DNA of 64,000 nucleotides from Lachnospiraceae bacterium (GTDB taxonomy: Bacteria; Bacillota; Clostridia; Lachnospirales; Lachnospiraceae). Where the stretch lies: positions 6,898 through 70,897 of the forward strand of contig JAILGA010000158.1 of NCBI GenBank assembly GCA_024697225.1. Reading direction: 5' to 3'. Numbering within the stretch: position 1 is the first letter of the stretch; every line of letters starts with the position of its first letter. Shown here one piece after another: positions 39,316 to 49,486 of the stretch. The notes below the pieces were generated by a model. That model saw nothing but the letters and a program-made list of their open reading frames with translations. It did not search any database and was not told the origin of the DNA. A program made the translations under genes and the position numbers.

Positions 39316-40674
39316 TTATTCTGTGTTTTTTTCGATGGAAAAGAGCGAAACCAGATACACCGTCGTAACAAAAAATGCCGCAATATAAACCGCCGTCAGC
39401 GCGGACATGGAAACAGGCACCAGATCAGGTCTTGCCGAGCGGATGTAGGTTATGAAAGTACCGACGTTCAGAACAGCCGCCGGGATAATGGCAGCGGACG
39501 GATTAATCCCCGCTTTCCACATGAGCGGCACGAGGAGTGAAAAGATAAGCACCGCGCCGTAATCATAGCGCTCGTGCATTGAGGGCAGGAACATGTTGCA
39601 GGCCCAGATCTGCCAGGCGAGAAGATACAGAAGGCGCAGCGCTTCTGCAGTTGTGTTGCCTGATACAGATGCAGTTGTGTTGCCTGACGCAGATGCACCT
39701 GCGTTGCCTGCTGCAGATGTACCCGAATTGACAGAGCCGCCCGCCCCCGGCTTTGCGCGCAAACCCCTGAGCGCCAGCACCACGGAAAGCAGCAGGATAG
39801 CAAGCGTCACCAGCACGGCCGGCAGCGCCATGGTCTCAAGATAGTTGTCCAGACCGAAATTATACAGGTTCGGATAATTGGCCACCATGCCATAGCTCTC
39901 GGAGCCCTCCGTACCCTCGAGGGTCTGCATGAAATAGGTGCCGTAGGTCGCCCTTAGGCCTCTTTTGCAGAATACCGCGGGAAGGCCGGCGATCAGGTAT
40001 ATCCCGGGGATCCACAGGAAACGGAAGATACTGAAATCCTTTTTCTTTAGCCACATAATGGCAAAGAACGGGAAGAAGAATACCGCCTGAAGTTTGAAAG
40101 CAAAGCTGATGCCAAGCATCACCAGAGCCGCGGTATGTCTGTCCTTAAACTCAAGATATACCGCAAGCAGTGCAAATGAGATGTAGAAAACATCACACTG
40201 CTTCCACAGAGCGCTGTTCATGAACACGAGAGGGAGATATAGGGTCAGTACAGCCGTGTACATGGCCTTAAGTCCCGCAGTCTCCTTTCCGGATGTCTCC
40301 TCGAACAGATAGCGCATCAGGAAGAACACGACACCCGCCAGGAAATAATCCATGACGCAGGAAAAGAGCGACGCCAGCACCCACGGCTCCCATGGCGAGA
40401 GGCCAATGATTGCATACATGATGTTGAACGGCACATAATAATCGCCTATGACCTGTCTCATGCCTCCCACAAAGCCGAGCTCCCTGTACATTTCGGGCCA
40501 GCCTTTGATGTAGAGTTCATAGTCGCTTGACAGACCGGTCTCGGGCGCGAGCTTTATCCGCAGAACGACGGATCCGATGAGCAGTACAGCTATCACCAGC
40601 TCGTGAAAATGCTTCTCTATGAAGTTCCACAGCCATCTGTCCACGGCTGTTCCGTTTTTGTTATTCATATTCAT
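39316..40674 (-). CDS. GT-C-type (GT87/mannosyltransferase-like) membrane protein
   Basis: SSDY, GDYYVPF, NSALWKQCD, FKLQA, FLPSMHERY; many TMs. Confidence 0.72.
   Translation of the reverse strand: MNMNNKNGTAVDRWLWNFIEKHFHELVIAVLLIGSVVLRIKLAPETGLSSDYELYIKGWPEMYRELGFVGGMRQVIGDYYVPFNIMYAIIGLSPWEPWVLASLFSCVMDYFLAGVVFFLMRYLFEETSGKETAGLKAMYTAVLTLYLPLVFMNSALWKQCDVFYISFALLAVYLEFKDRHTAALVMLGISFAFKLQAVFFFPFFAIMWLKKKDFSIFRFLWIPGIYLIAGLPAVFCKRGLRATYGTYFMQTLEGTEGSESYGMVANYPNLYNFGLDNYLETMALPAVLVTLAILLLSVVLALRGLRAKPGAGGSVNSGTSAAGNAGASASGNTTASVSGNTTAEALRLLYLLAWQIWACNMFLPSMHERYDYGAVLIFSLLVPLMWKAGINPSAAIIPAAVLNVGTFITYIRSARPDLVPVSMSALTAVYIAAFFVTTVYLVSLFSIEKNTE
39646..39717. repeat. 3 x 24-bp in-frame tandem repeat
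   Basis: TGCAGTTGTGTTGCCTGATACAGA / TGCAGTTGTGTTGCCTGACGCAGA / TGCACCTGCGTTGCCTGCTGCAGA. Confidence 0.85.
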
Positions 40675-42323
40675 TTCAGTTTCCCCATCCTGCGGTCCCT
40701 GTAGCGCCTGAGTCTTCTGCGCTCCATGGGCTCGCGGAGAGCGTCGAGTTTATTTGCGATAACGCTTATACCCGCAGCGGCGACCGGTATCTCGGCGAGA
40801 ACGTAGCGGAGCGTGTAGCGGCCGGAAGCCTCCCAGATCTCGTGGAATAGCATGCCGCCTGTGATGAAGATGATGATCAGGCCCCAGCCGGAATTCACGC
40901 GGATCCTTCCCAGAGCAGCCGCGGCAAAGCCTATGCCCGCAAAGAAATACAAAAGCAGCTGCCACACCCGCATCTCCCAGCTAAGGAAGCCAAAGCCTCC
41001 GCCGAAGACCCAAAAATCGGCAAAAGGATTCATAAAATCAAGTCCCTTAAGCGTTTCAATCCGGTTCCTGTGCCTCGCCGTGAGCTCCTGCTCGCGGAGC
41101 GCTCCCCTCGTGGGATCCGCCCACTGGGACAGGAATTTTCTCCCGAAGAAACTCACAAAGAATCTGGCATCCGAGGTATAAAGCTTCATTTTTTCCGCGA
41201 TGACAGGCATCGCTGCCGCAGAAGCAAGGGAGGCATTATCTCCGTTATCCTGATAATAACGCACATTATCACCGTTGTACCAGCCGCACTTCCCGTCGCT
41301 CTCCGTGAGGCCCATGGCTATATAGGCCATGGCCGGAGTCCCGGCCGGTATATTAAGTTTGCTTAGCCTCTCGTAGTGCGAGTAAGTCACTATCCTCAGG
41401 CAAAGCGGGACAGCGACTATGAGGATCAGCGCACCCACGGCCGCCATCACCCTTATCATGTACTTCTTCATCTTCTTTCTCTTATGCGGGCGGCTGTCGG
41501 CAAAAATACAGCCCGCGATGCAGATGAAAGCAGCGATCAGCGCTATGAGACCGTTTGACTTGATCCACCAGGACACCCCCAGAAGCACGACTCCCGGCAG
41601 GCCGGCGGCGGGATTTCTTCTCTTAAGAAATGCGACCGTCATATAGAGTCCGGCAAAAAGCGGCGCCAGACTCACGATGTCGTTGTAGATATAGGTGCTG
41701 TACGTAAAAAGCCAGAGGCAGAGCGCCACGAGAACGGCGCAGCCGCGCACGCTGAAGGTCCTCTTTTTATCGTTCTCAAAAAACTCATCCGCTATCCCGC
41801 AAAGAGCAAGCGCACAGATCACTATGGACAGGGCATTTGCGATCCAGTAGGGAATGTAATTCCCGAAGCCCGCGACATACGCTGCGATATCAACGATAAA
41901 GCACCAGGACAGCTGGAAGGGATATGTGGAAAGATAGCCGCCCTGCTTCAGAGCGCCGTAGGATCCCCTGTAAAAATCCCTCACAATGTCATCAAGAAGC
42001 TTAGCATCGCAGGTAGGCAGGCCTCTGACGACAACGATAAAGAAAGCACTTATCACCAGAGATGCTATAGTCGCGGCGATGACAGGTACTTTCCAGCCGC
42101 CCCGCATAATGCTTACAAGCTTCATTATGAGCACCGCCGCCACCAAAAACAGCACCAGCATAAGTATGGGATTGACCCGTATCATATCGGGATAGTCATT
42201 TTCCTCAAACTGTCTGAAGGATATGGTCACGAACAGTCCGAACGCGAACAGGGCAAAAGAGACCAAGGCCAGCATCCCGGCAAAAATCCTCAGTATAAAT
42301 CTGAGTATACGTTCAAGTATCAT
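40671..42323 (-). CDS. Polytopic membrane protein, GT-C/GT39-like
   Basis: PTCD, YLSTYPFQ, YIYND, IKSN, YIAMGL...GWYN, FHEIWEASGRY; many TMs. Confidence 0.65.
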   Translation of the reverse strand: MILERILRFILRIFAGMLALVSFALFAFGLFVTISFRQFEENDYPDMIRVNPILMLVLFLVAAVLIMKLVSIMRGGWKVPVIAATIASLVISAFFIVVVRGLPTCDAKLLDDIVRDFYRGSYGALKQGGYLSTYPFQLSWCFIVDIAAYVAGFGNYIPYWIANALSIVICALALCGIADEFFENDKKRTFSVRGCAVLVALCLWLFTYSTYIYNDIVSLAPLFAGLYMTVAFLKRRNPAAGLPGVVLLGVSWWIKSNGLIALIAAFICIAGCIFADSRPHKRKKMKKYMIRVMAAVGALILIVAVPLCLRIVTYSHYERLSKLNIPAGTPAMAYIAMGLTESDGKCGWYNGDNVRYYQDNGDNASLASAAAMPVIAEKMKLYTSDARFFVSFFGRKFLSQWADPTRGALREQELTARHRNRIETLKGLDFMNPFADFWVFGGGFGFLSWEMRVWQLLLYFFAGIGFAAAALGRIRVNSGWGLIIIFITGGMLFHEIWEASGRYTLRYVLAEIPVAAAGISVIANKLDALREPMERRRLRRYRDRRMGKLK

Positions 42324-42357
42324 TTATATTGTCCCCGCATCCGCAAAGAAATGTTTT

Positions 42358-44793
42358 CTACATCTCGATCGCTTCGCTCCAGTGGTTGCCGCCGTAGATA
42401 TCGGTGAATCGGTAGAGCATTCTGACTTTGCCGTCGCCGACGTCCGTATTGGAGATCTCAAGACCTGACATGCCGTCCGCCGGAACAGTGAGCGCATCGC
42501 CTATCTGGAAGGTGTCGCTGTAGACTCCGTCGTAAGTGTAGAAATCGCAGACAAAGGTCAGTATATCTCCGGGATTCAGCTCGGTCAGATTCTTGGCGGT
42601 CACATCTACAGAAGTATCCTTGTAGTCGTAGTTCACACCCACAACGGCCCCGTAAGGATTATCGCCTCCGAATGAGATGATCAGATTCACTCTCTCGCCG
42701 TTCAGGAAAGCAGGCACATAGCCGGTGATAATGCTGTCCTCATTTTCGCCCGAGGTGTCCATGTAATAATATGCCACAGGCTGCGAGTTGATACTCACCC
42801 AGGTCCTGTCATAGGGAGCGATCAGATTTCCGTTCTCATCGATGTCGTAGACATTGTCGATGCCCAGATCCACATAGCCCGTGCCGGTATCATAGAACAT
42901 GTTGAGCGCAAGCTCCTTTACCAGCTTCCAGGCGTCCTGATCCAGAGTTATCACGCTCTGACCCTCGGAATCAGTCTTCCAGACAAGTTTGTCTGCGGGG
43001 AAGTTATTGGATGCTATGAAGCGTGCAGCCGTATCAACATCCACGCCGTCTGCCAAAAACTCCGTATTCGAGGACGAAAGTCCCGAGAAAGAGCTCCTGT
43101 CACTTGCAAGAAACGCGTCCAAAAGGGTTGCGATGGCATCAATGCTCGAATCCATACTGCCCGCACTGCCGCTTCCAAAGAGCGATGCGGAGGCGTCGCC
43201 CGAGCCGCCGGTTGCCACCTGACCGTAGACATTCATCGAAGCCGCATCACGGATCATCGCTGTATAGTCGCCGCTCATGCCGATACCCTCGGCGGTATCC
43301 ACCATTGAATCGACCTGGGATGCGCGCTTCATCGGGAAGTACATGGAAAGACCGTAGGAATTGGTCATTGAGGACGAGGTCATGTTGTATTTGACGCAGC
43401 CCTTAATGGCCTCCGCCAGATTTTTGCCCTCGTCGGTGCCGAGATTAGACGCCAGGTGCACCAGATCAACCTGGTCTATCTTGCACTGCGCGGCAAATTC
43501 CCTCGCGCCGCTCCTCGCATCAGACACGGCTTTGAACTCGCCTTCCCTTATCATCCCCGAAGTATCCCTCGCAAAAGAGCCCAGAGCATCGGGTACCACA
43601 AGCGTCAGCTCCGCGAGATCCGTCACGGACAGCGTCGTCTTCTGACCCGGTGCCGAGCTGGCACAGGCGGAGGTAAAGGTGTCCGCGATCAGCTTTCCGA
43701 TCTCGACGGTGGGCATTCCGGGATTCTTTGACAGGGCTGTCAGCCAGTCGGTGTAGTACCAGCCCACACCGGGCTCCGTCTCCTCGGAGGCGATCATGTA
43801 ATCCGCGTAGTCGCTCACCACCAGTGCTGTCTCCACAGTCGCCATCAGGCAGGCGTCAAAGCCTATGAAGTCAAAGGTGATCCCTCCGGACTTCAGAGCC
43901 TTTCCTATGCCCTGCAGATCCATGGAGCCTGCCCTGGGATTTTTTTCATCATAGCCATAGCCCGAGACCGAGCCGCCGCCGTGATCCCAGAAGATCAGGT
44001 CGTAGCGGTTCCCTGAGGTGTTCTGCCTCGCCCAGGTCAGGAAATCGACCAGCGTATTCGGCTCGACCATAGATGCCTTGCCCCTGTCCGGATCCATGCA
44101 TGTGATGCCGCCCTGGACCACGCGGTAGATCTGGTTGACGCTATTGGAAATAGACGAGGTCTTCCAGTTCTTGCAGCCACCCGTGTAGACGTAGATAGCC
44201 ACATTGTCGTTTAGGGATGCGTTCACCATCTCCTGCAGGTCACGGCTCGCCATGCCGCTCTTGGATTCCAGGTCGGTGCCGCACAGATATATCAGGATCA
44301 CATTTTTGTCGGTGCCGTCATTTTTAATAACGGTGCGCTTTGCCCGGGCGCCGTTTTTGACGGAAGTATCAAGAACACCCGTCCTGTAGGAGGGGTCTGT
44401 CCAGTCAGAGATCGTCTGCGAGGGCTCAAAGGATAGCCCGCCGCCCATGAGAGCAGAGAGGAGAGAGCCTGCGCCGGAGCTCGTCGTCTGCTGTTGCTGC
44501 TGTTGCTGTGCGGGTTCATTTTCAACGTATGACGACTCGTCGGAATTACCGCCGCCCATGAACATCGTAAACAGAATGATCACGCCGACGATCAGAATGC
44601 CGCCCAGAGATAAGCCCCCGCGCACAGGAGCTCTCGAGGTGCTGCCGGACCCCGATGAGGATCCCGAAGAGGAGGTCTTCCCGAAATTGGAGCCGGAGCC
44701 TACGGGACCTGTTCCCAGTCCCGGCCCCTGTATATGGACGCCTTTACCGCCTTCCGTGATATGTTTCTGCCTTCCGCTCGATCCGTTTGCCAC
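42358..44793 (-). CDS. Clostripain-related cysteine peptidase (C11), membrane-anchored
   Basis: IYLCGTDLES, WDHGGG (His), GFDACLM (Cys), ASEETEPG. Confidence 0.88.
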   Translation of the reverse strand: MANGSSGRQKHITEGGKGVHIQGPGLGTGPVGSGSNFGKTSSSGSSSGSGSTSRAPVRGGLSLGGILIVGVIILFTMFMGGGNSDESSYVENEPAQQQQQQQTTSSGAGSLLSALMGGGLSFEPSQTISDWTDPSYRTGVLDTSVKNGARAKRTVIKNDGTDKNVILIYLCGTDLESKSGMASRDLQEMVNASLNDNVAIYVYTGGCKNWKTSSISNSVNQIYRVVQGGITCMDPDRGKASMVEPNTLVDFLTWARQNTSGNRYDLIFWDHGGGSVSGYGYDEKNPRAGSMDLQGIGKALKSGGITFDFIGFDACLMATVETALVVSDYADYMIASEETEPGVGWYYTDWLTALSKNPGMPTVEIGKLIADTFTSACASSAPGQKTTLSVTDLAELTLVVPDALGSFARDTSGMIREGEFKAVSDARSGAREFAAQCKIDQVDLVHLASNLGTDEGKNLAEAIKGCVKYNMTSSSMTNSYGLSMYFPMKRASQVDSMVDTAEGIGMSGDYTAMIRDAASMNVYGQVATGGSGDASASLFGSGSAGSMDSSIDAIATLLDAFLASDRSSFSGLSSSNTEFLADGVDVDTAARFIASNNFPADKLVWKTDSEGQSVITLDQDAWKLVKELALNMFYDTGTGYVDLGIDNVYDIDENGNLIAPYDRTWVSINSQPVAYYYMDTSGENEDSIITGYVPAFLNGERVNLIISFGGDNPYGAVVGVNYDYKDTSVDVTAKNLTELNPGDILTFVCDFYTYDGVYSDTFQIGDALTVPADGMSGLEISNTDVGDGKVRMLYRFTDIYGGNHWSEAIEM

Positions 44794-44864
44794 TTTTTCT
44801 ACACCTCCTGTATATGTCTGAAACTGTTATATAATTGTTTCAGCAATCTCTTTCTCAATTATTT

Positions 44865-47264
44865 TCATATCTCCGATTTCCTAAGTCCCTTCTCGAGAAG
44901 CCTTGCAAAATCGCCCTCCGAGATGGGCCTGTAGAAATAATAGCCCTGTATGTAATCGCAGTTGACGCTTCTTAAGAAATCGAGCTGATTCTTGGTCTCA
45001 ACGCCCTCGGCCGTCACCCTTGCACCCAGAGCGTGGCTCAGCCTTATAGTAGACTCGATGATGGACTCCGCCTTCTGTCTGATACCGATCTTTCTGATGA
45101 AGCCTATATCAAGCTTTACGATGTCGAAGTCAAAGCTCTCCAGCGTTGAGAGCGATGACATGCCACTGCCGAAGTCATCAAGAAGTATGCGGACACCCGC
45201 CTTCTTAAGCTCCTCGAGGTAGCCCATGGCATTCCTCTCAAGATCGGCATAGGCAGACTCCGTCACCTCTATCCTGACAAGCGCCGGCGCATGATCCGAG
45301 TTCTCGAATCTCTCGATGATGTGGTTCATCAGCGTTGGATCGTAGAAATCTATCCTCGAAAGATTGACAGCGCAGGGCACGACGGGCTTCCCCGCCGAGG
45401 CGCGCTCCTCCACAAAGTCAAGAACCTTGTCTATCACGTAGTAATCCAGAGCGGAGACCTTGCCGCCGTCCTCGATGACGGGAATGAAGTCAGCGGGTGA
45501 TACCAGTCCCATCTCATGGTGATTCCAGCGGATCAGAGCCTCGGCGCTCCTTATATCGCCGGATTTGGCATCGACGACAGGCTGGTAATAAGGCCTGAAC
45601 TCACCGGTATCCATGGCGTTCTTTACATCGGAAAGGAGGACTCTCTGTCGCACATAGTTCTCCCTCACCAGATCGTCATACCAGGCAAAGCAGTCGCCCT
45701 TTTCCTCCCTGATCGACTTCTCTGCGATACGGGCGCGGTCGATCATATGCCCTACGGTGACGCTCCTGTCCTTTATCCCGTATATACCGAACTGGATCTC
45801 GAAGTGGTACTCCTTGTACCCCGTCCTGTAGGTCTGTCTGCTCAGAGCATTGAGGCGCCTGGGGGTGACATTTTTGCTGTTCACGAGCATCACGTAGTGA
45901 TCGCTCTCGAGGCGGCCCAGGATCAGAGGTTTGAGTGTCTGGCGGATCGCGTCTCTTGTCTGGAAGATGACCATGTCCCCATTCTGGGAGCCGAAGAGCT
46001 CGTTCACCGCTTTGAAACCTTTGACATTGGTATAAATGATCAAGAAGTCCTCATCATATGACAGGGTGGGGATAAGGCGCTCTGCCTCGTCCATAAAACC
46101 GGTCCTCGCATATTCATCGGTCATCCAATCGTGATCTATGGCTGTGGAGATGTCAAACCAGGTGCAAAGATAGATGTCGCCGCAGCCCGGCACTTTGCGG
46201 ACGCGCATGTTCTTGGCTCTGCGGCCGCTCTCCGTCTGCATATGAGCGGTGCGGACAAAGCTGCCCCTCTCTTCAACCTCGGCTGTGACCACGTCGAGTG
46301 CTGACTGATCGATAAAGGCATCTATCTCCTCTTCGACAAGTCTGACCGCTATCTTCTCGCAGATCTCGCTGTAGCCGGAGCCCGCCCCCTCGAGAATCTC
46401 CTGGGCATTTCTTCCCAAGTGGTAGAAAAAGCATTTTCCCTTTTTCGGATCAAGGGTAAAGACCATGTCATAACCGTCCGCAGCCAAAGCCGACCAGAGC
46501 GGAGCGCTTATATGAGACGCAGCGGGGATCACGACTCCCGATTCGACCGGTTTCCTGCAGCCATCCTCAATAAGCTCGCCGGTTCCGTAAAAATGCGTGA
46601 CCCCGTTTCTTATCATAAAATAGCTGCCGTCAGGGATAAGATAGAAATGTCTGCCATAGCTGTCAGGCACGACTATATCCTCGATATAGCGCTTGCCGTC
46701 GAGCAAGATATCCTTACAGGAATTAGCATGCGGAACGATCTGAACGGCGCTTATGCCGAGGCCTTCGGCAAATCTCAGAAAATGCGGGCTTATGCTCTCA
46801 CCCGGAAGCTCCGGGATCAGATATGCCTCCTCGGCCGCATTTACACTGCCGGCGCTGAGAGCCAGAAGCACACCCTCAAATTCATTAAGGCACTCTTTCA
46901 GATGCCTTTCTCTCATAAATTCAAGCTGTGTGGGCGCATGTCCTCCTGCAAGAAAGATCACATCAGCCCACTCTACGAGTTCCTCAGTGCTCCTCTCCTC
47001 GCGGTCATCGACTATGATCAGGCCTCCGACCTGCATTTCATCAAGCTCCAGAGCGTCCCTGAGTTCCTTTGCCCTGAAGTCATTTTCTTCGTGACCGGTC
47101 GGATCACTGGAAAAGAACAACAGCTTGGCCTCATGCGGCCAGACTGAAAGAAGCCTGTCGGCGAACTCGTTCTCGTCCGAAAGCTCCGGAGCCCTGTAGT
47201 CTCCGCCGCGATCCTGGTATGGTATGAAGCTGCTTGTGAGAAAGGCTATCATGTCGGTCCTCAT
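44865..47264 (-). CDS. Peptidase S51-like domain fused to degenerate GGDEF and intact EAL domains
   Basis: FLAGGH, ALSAGS, IVPH; RLESDHY at the GGDEF site; YYQP, AEALIRW, AVNLS, EVTES, DDFGSG, AEGVET, QGYYF. Confidence 0.85.
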   Translation of the reverse strand: MRTDMIAFLTSSFIPYQDRGGDYRAPELSDENEFADRLLSVWPHEAKLLFFSSDPTGHEENDFRAKELRDALELDEMQVGGLIIVDDREERSTEELVEWADVIFLAGGHAPTQLEFMRERHLKECLNEFEGVLLALSAGSVNAAEEAYLIPELPGESISPHFLRFAEGLGISAVQIVPHANSCKDILLDGKRYIEDIVVPDSYGRHFYLIPDGSYFMIRNGVTHFYGTGELIEDGCRKPVESGVVIPAASHISAPLWSALAADGYDMVFTLDPKKGKCFFYHLGRNAQEILEGAGSGYSEICEKIAVRLVEEEIDAFIDQSALDVVTAEVEERGSFVRTAHMQTESGRRAKNMRVRKVPGCGDIYLCTWFDISTAIDHDWMTDEYARTGFMDEAERLIPTLSYDEDFLIIYTNVKGFKAVNELFGSQNGDMVIFQTRDAIRQTLKPLILGRLESDHYVMLVNSKNVTPRRLNALSRQTYRTGYKEYHFEIQFGIYGIKDRSVTVGHMIDRARIAEKSIREEKGDCFAWYDDLVRENYVRQRVLLSDVKNAMDTGEFRPYYQPVVDAKSGDIRSAEALIRWNHHEMGLVSPADFIPVIEDGGKVSALDYYVIDKVLDFVEERASAGKPVVPCAVNLSRIDFYDPTLMNHIIERFENSDHAPALVRIEVTESAYADLERNAMGYLEELKKAGVRILLDDFGSGMSSLSTLESFDFDIVKLDIGFIRKIGIRQKAESIIESTIRLSHALGARVTAEGVETKNQLDFLRSVNCDYIQGYYFYRPISEGDFARLLEKGLRKSEI

Positions 47265-47283
47265 TTCATATCAAAGATTACAT

Positions 47284-48972
47284 TTAAGCATTTATCTGCC
47301 GGATCCCCGTATCAGTCTCATCCGGGTTTTCCGTCTTTGCCTTAAGTTTAACCTTCACTGTGGCTGATACCGCAACCGTGCCCGATTTGCCGGGTTCCCC
47401 GAAGTATACGGTGATCTTGCTCTTTCCGTTCTTTAACGCCGCAAGCATTCCGTCCTCCGAAACAGTGACCACTGCGGGTTTGCTGCTCTTTATCATGTCA
47501 GGCTTTATGCCGCCCAGATCCGTACTAAAACACTCAAAGATGTCTGTCTGTACGTCCGCATCCGTCATTTTGGGAATCTTGAGCGCGGGCTTTTTGACCA
47601 CATTGATATTGGCCTGCGCTACCGTGACGTATTCGGTCTTTCCGTCGGAATTCGTGACGGCCTGCCTGGCCTCGACGACTGCCTGCCCCTTCTTTTTCGC
47701 GGTCAGTTTACCTGCCTTTGTAACAGTCGCATACTTCTGATATTTCTTAACTATCCGGTACCTGTCGGCCTTTATGTCAAGCTCCCCGAAGCAAAGGTCG
47801 GCGATATTAAGCTTCCTCCCCGCCACCAGAGTGATGTCCTGGCCGTTTTGGACCGTTATGACCTCCTCAGGCTGTTTCTCCTCTTCCTGCTTCTTGCCTT
47901 CTTCTTGCTGCCTGCCGCCATAGACGGGCCAGAAGGTATCTCTGGCAAGATTCCCCCTTGTCTTTCCGACCTCGATCTTATTCGCCGGAACCTCGTAGTT
48001 CCTGCACCAGCAGTCACCGGCATCCCAGGCGCCATCGGCATCGTTTGTCACGCTCCGCATCCTCGCCATGGTCCTGGGGTAATCCTTTTCCGCCTCATAG
48101 CCAAGGTATTGAAGCTGGCCGTCAATGGTATGCCAGTCGAGATCGTTTCTATCGCAATATGACTTCAGATCGCTCCATCTGGTGTAGCCTCTGTTTGGAT
48201 CATCATGCCACTGGCAGATGCCGTAGCTAGTGCCGTTGTCTCCTTTAGCCTTGGGATTGAAGGAGGACTCGGCCATGATATTGGCCATGATACCGCAGGC
48301 CGCCGCGGCATTTAAGGACATCTCCTTCGTAAAGTATTTAAAACAGGCAGCCGCATTCTCGCCCTTCACAGCGGATGATGCATCAAAGAGTGCCTCCTCA
48401 CAGCCACCTTCGGCAGAAACAGCGGGAACAGACGCAGTGTCGCTTTCTCCTTCAGCGGGAACAGACGCAGTATCAAACACGTCCGCATCATCCGCGAGAT
48501 CCGCAAACACCGCGATGTACGGGGCGTCAAGAACCGCGTCATAAGCCGCGGAAAACTCATAGCCCTCTCCGGGCACCGGGACAAACTGGAAATATCTGCT
48601 CGCCGAAGACTCATAATCCTCTCCTGCGCAAATCCAGATCACAGGCACATCAATAAGGGTTCCCGAAGGAGAGACCGCGGAAAGCTTGTCCGGGAAGCCT
48701 GCTGTCAGTCTGTCAAGAGACGGCTTGCTGTCCGTGTAGAAAAATGATCTGTAAAGGCCGGTTTCAGAATATCCGCAAAGAATGCTCCCCTCTTTTACGG
48801 TCTTATTCATTTCTGTAGCAGAGATATTTACTGCATCTGTATCAATAGTTGAAAACACTTCAGCTGCGAAGGAAGGATGCGCATACAGTCCTGAAAGGAG
48901 AAAGAAGCACACACACAGGGATATGGCGCGCAGAACCCTGCCCGCACCACGGCCGCAGAAGATTCCTCTCAT
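47284..48972 (-). CDS. Secreted phage-tail-lysozyme-like cell wall hydrolase with basic Ig-like C-terminus
   Basis: AACGIMANIMAESSFNP, SYGICQWH, GQLQYL, YEVPA; signal peptide; start at MRGIF 1 nt after the upstream stop. Confidence 0.75.
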   Translation of the reverse strand: MRGIFCGRGAGRVLRAISLCVCFFLLSGLYAHPSFAAEVFSTIDTDAVNISATEMNKTVKEGSILCGYSETGLYRSFFYTDSKPSLDRLTAGFPDKLSAVSPSGTLIDVPVIWICAGEDYESSASRYFQFVPVPGEGYEFSAAYDAVLDAPYIAVFADLADDADVFDTASVPAEGESDTASVPAVSAEGGCEEALFDASSAVKGENAAACFKYFTKEMSLNAAAACGIMANIMAESSFNPKAKGDNGTSYGICQWHDDPNRGYTRWSDLKSYCDRNDLDWHTIDGQLQYLGYEAEKDYPRTMARMRSVTNDADGAWDAGDCWCRNYEVPANKIEVGKTRGNLARDTFWPVYGGRQQEEGKKQEEEKQPEEVITVQNGQDITLVAGRKLNIADLCFGELDIKADRYRIVKKYQKYATVTKAGKLTAKKKGQAVVEARQAVTNSDGKTEYVTVAQANINVVKKPALKIPKMTDADVQTDIFECFSTDLGGIKPDMIKSSKPAVVTVSEDGMLAALKNGKSKITVYFGEPGKSGTVAVSATVKVKLKAKTENPDETDTGIRQINA

Positions 48973-48973
48973 A

Positions 48974-49480
48974 TCAGCCTTCCCAGGTATATTCCTCTTC
49001 TTCATCCTCGTAGTCTTCCTCATCCTCCTCTTCCTCTTCTTCCCAGTCCTCGTCTTCCTCCTCTTCGTAGTCTTCCTCTTCTTCCTCTTCCCAGTCCTCG
49101 TCTTCTTCCTCTTCGTAGTCTTCCTCTTCCTCTTCTTCCTCTTCGTAGTCTTCCTCTTCTTCCCAGTCCTCTTCGTCTTCTAGATCTTCCTCATCTTCCT
49201 CGTCTTCCCAGTCTTCCTCATCCTCGTCCTCGTACCAGTCCTCTTCCTCGTCCTCGTCTTCCCAGTCCTCGTCGTCCTCCTCGTCCTCCTCGTCCCAGTC
49301 TTCGTCCTCGTCTTCCTCATCATCCCAATCCCAGTCTTCTTCCTCTTCCAGGTCTTCGGGATCGATATATTCTATCTCAAAGAGCGAGTCCTCGGGATTA
49401 CTGCTGCAGCCGGAAAGAGCCACGGCAAGAGCCGCGGCGGTACAAAGACATATGCATTTTATAAATAATGGTCTCTTCAT
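48974..49480 (-). CDS. Extremely acidic low-complexity lipoprotein
   Basis: Lipobox LSGC; mature part almost entirely Asp/Glu with periodic Trp/Tyr; tightly packed between neighbours. Confidence 0.75.
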   Translation of the reverse strand: MKRPLFIKCICLCTAAALAVALSGCSSNPEDSLFEIEYIDPEDLEEEEDWDWDDEEDEDEDWDEEDEEDDEDWEDEDEEEDWYEDEDEEDWEDEEDEEDLEDEEDWEEEEDYEEEEEEEEDYEEEEDEDWEEEEEEDYEEEEDEDWEEEEEEDEEDYEDEEEEYTWEG

Positions 49481-49486
49481 CGTTTA

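Noticed and set aside
47284-48972. Phage-tail lysozyme domain as evidence of a prophage
   Set aside because: Has a signal peptide and Ig-like domains; no phage structural or replication genes in the window
48782-49183. Plus-strand Phe/Leu/Val-rich ORF resembling a membrane protein
   Set aside because: Reverse complement of the Glu/Asp repeat of the acidic lipoprotein
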